Source of the DNA: Methanosuratincolales archaeon | GTDB taxonomy: Archaea; Thermoproteota; Methanomethylicia; Methanomethylicales; Methanomethylicaceae | Assembly (NCBI GenBank): GCA_937930465.1 | Contig: CALGKV010000079.1 | Coordinates: 1 to 24,674, forward strand | Direction of reading: 5' to 3' | DNA: 24,674 nt | In this document: one piece after another, positions 24,667 to 24,674 of the stretch | Layout: the number at the start of each line of letters is the position of its first letter | Numbering within the stretch: the stretch's first letter is position 1 | Position numbers and translations under genes: made by a program | Notes under the pieces: generated by a model | Database searches by the model: none | What the model saw: the letters and a program-made list of their open reading frames with translations, nothing else | Told to the model about the DNA's origin: nothing

Positions 24667-24674
24667 GCTCGGGA
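24623..24674 (+). CDS. top6A: Probable 5' end of DNA topoisomerase VI subunit A (3'-partial)
   Basis: ATG 24623 opens MLRKSNREVLSKLSELG to the window edge, overlapping top6B by 44 nt; top6A normally follows top6B. Confidence 0.6.
   Translation, partial: MLRKSNREVLSKLSELG

Noticed and set aside
1-24674. CRISPR arrays, rRNA genes, IS elements, defence systems
   Set aside because: No regularly spaced repeats, rRNA-like sequence, terminal inverted repeats or transposase/Cas motifs were seen.

Overview
Archaeal chromosome segment (archaeal shikimate kinase, eIF1A, RIO1, Dim2-like KH protein, topoisomerase VI, TATA-type promoters, frequent TTG/GTG starts). A Thermoproteota/TACK origin is plausible but cannot be established from this window. 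Left to right: 3' end of carB; a Dph6-like PP-loop ATPase; a gap-free 11-gene, 10.4 kb operon (split transketolase plus the canonical shikimate pathway to Phe/Tyr); a CPA2 antiporter; an ABC exporter pair; a membrane-anchored secreted protein with GH12-like motifs; a ~2.7 kb segment bounded by tRNA-Arg(TCG) and a degenerate copy of its 3' half, with no recognisable integrase; and the conserved eIF1A-rio1-KH-top6B-top6A cluster. The most interesting candidate is the ~200 nt leader of the aromatic operon. It has an SD-preceded 7-codon uORF containing Phe and Tyr, followed by mutually exclusive hairpins and a T-tract, which is the layout of ribosome-mediated attenuation, a mechanism not established in archaea to my knowledge. 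Other candidates are an ATT start for aroD and altered allosteric or catalytic motifs. All calls come from reading the sequence and remembered family motifs; no searches or folding computations were run.
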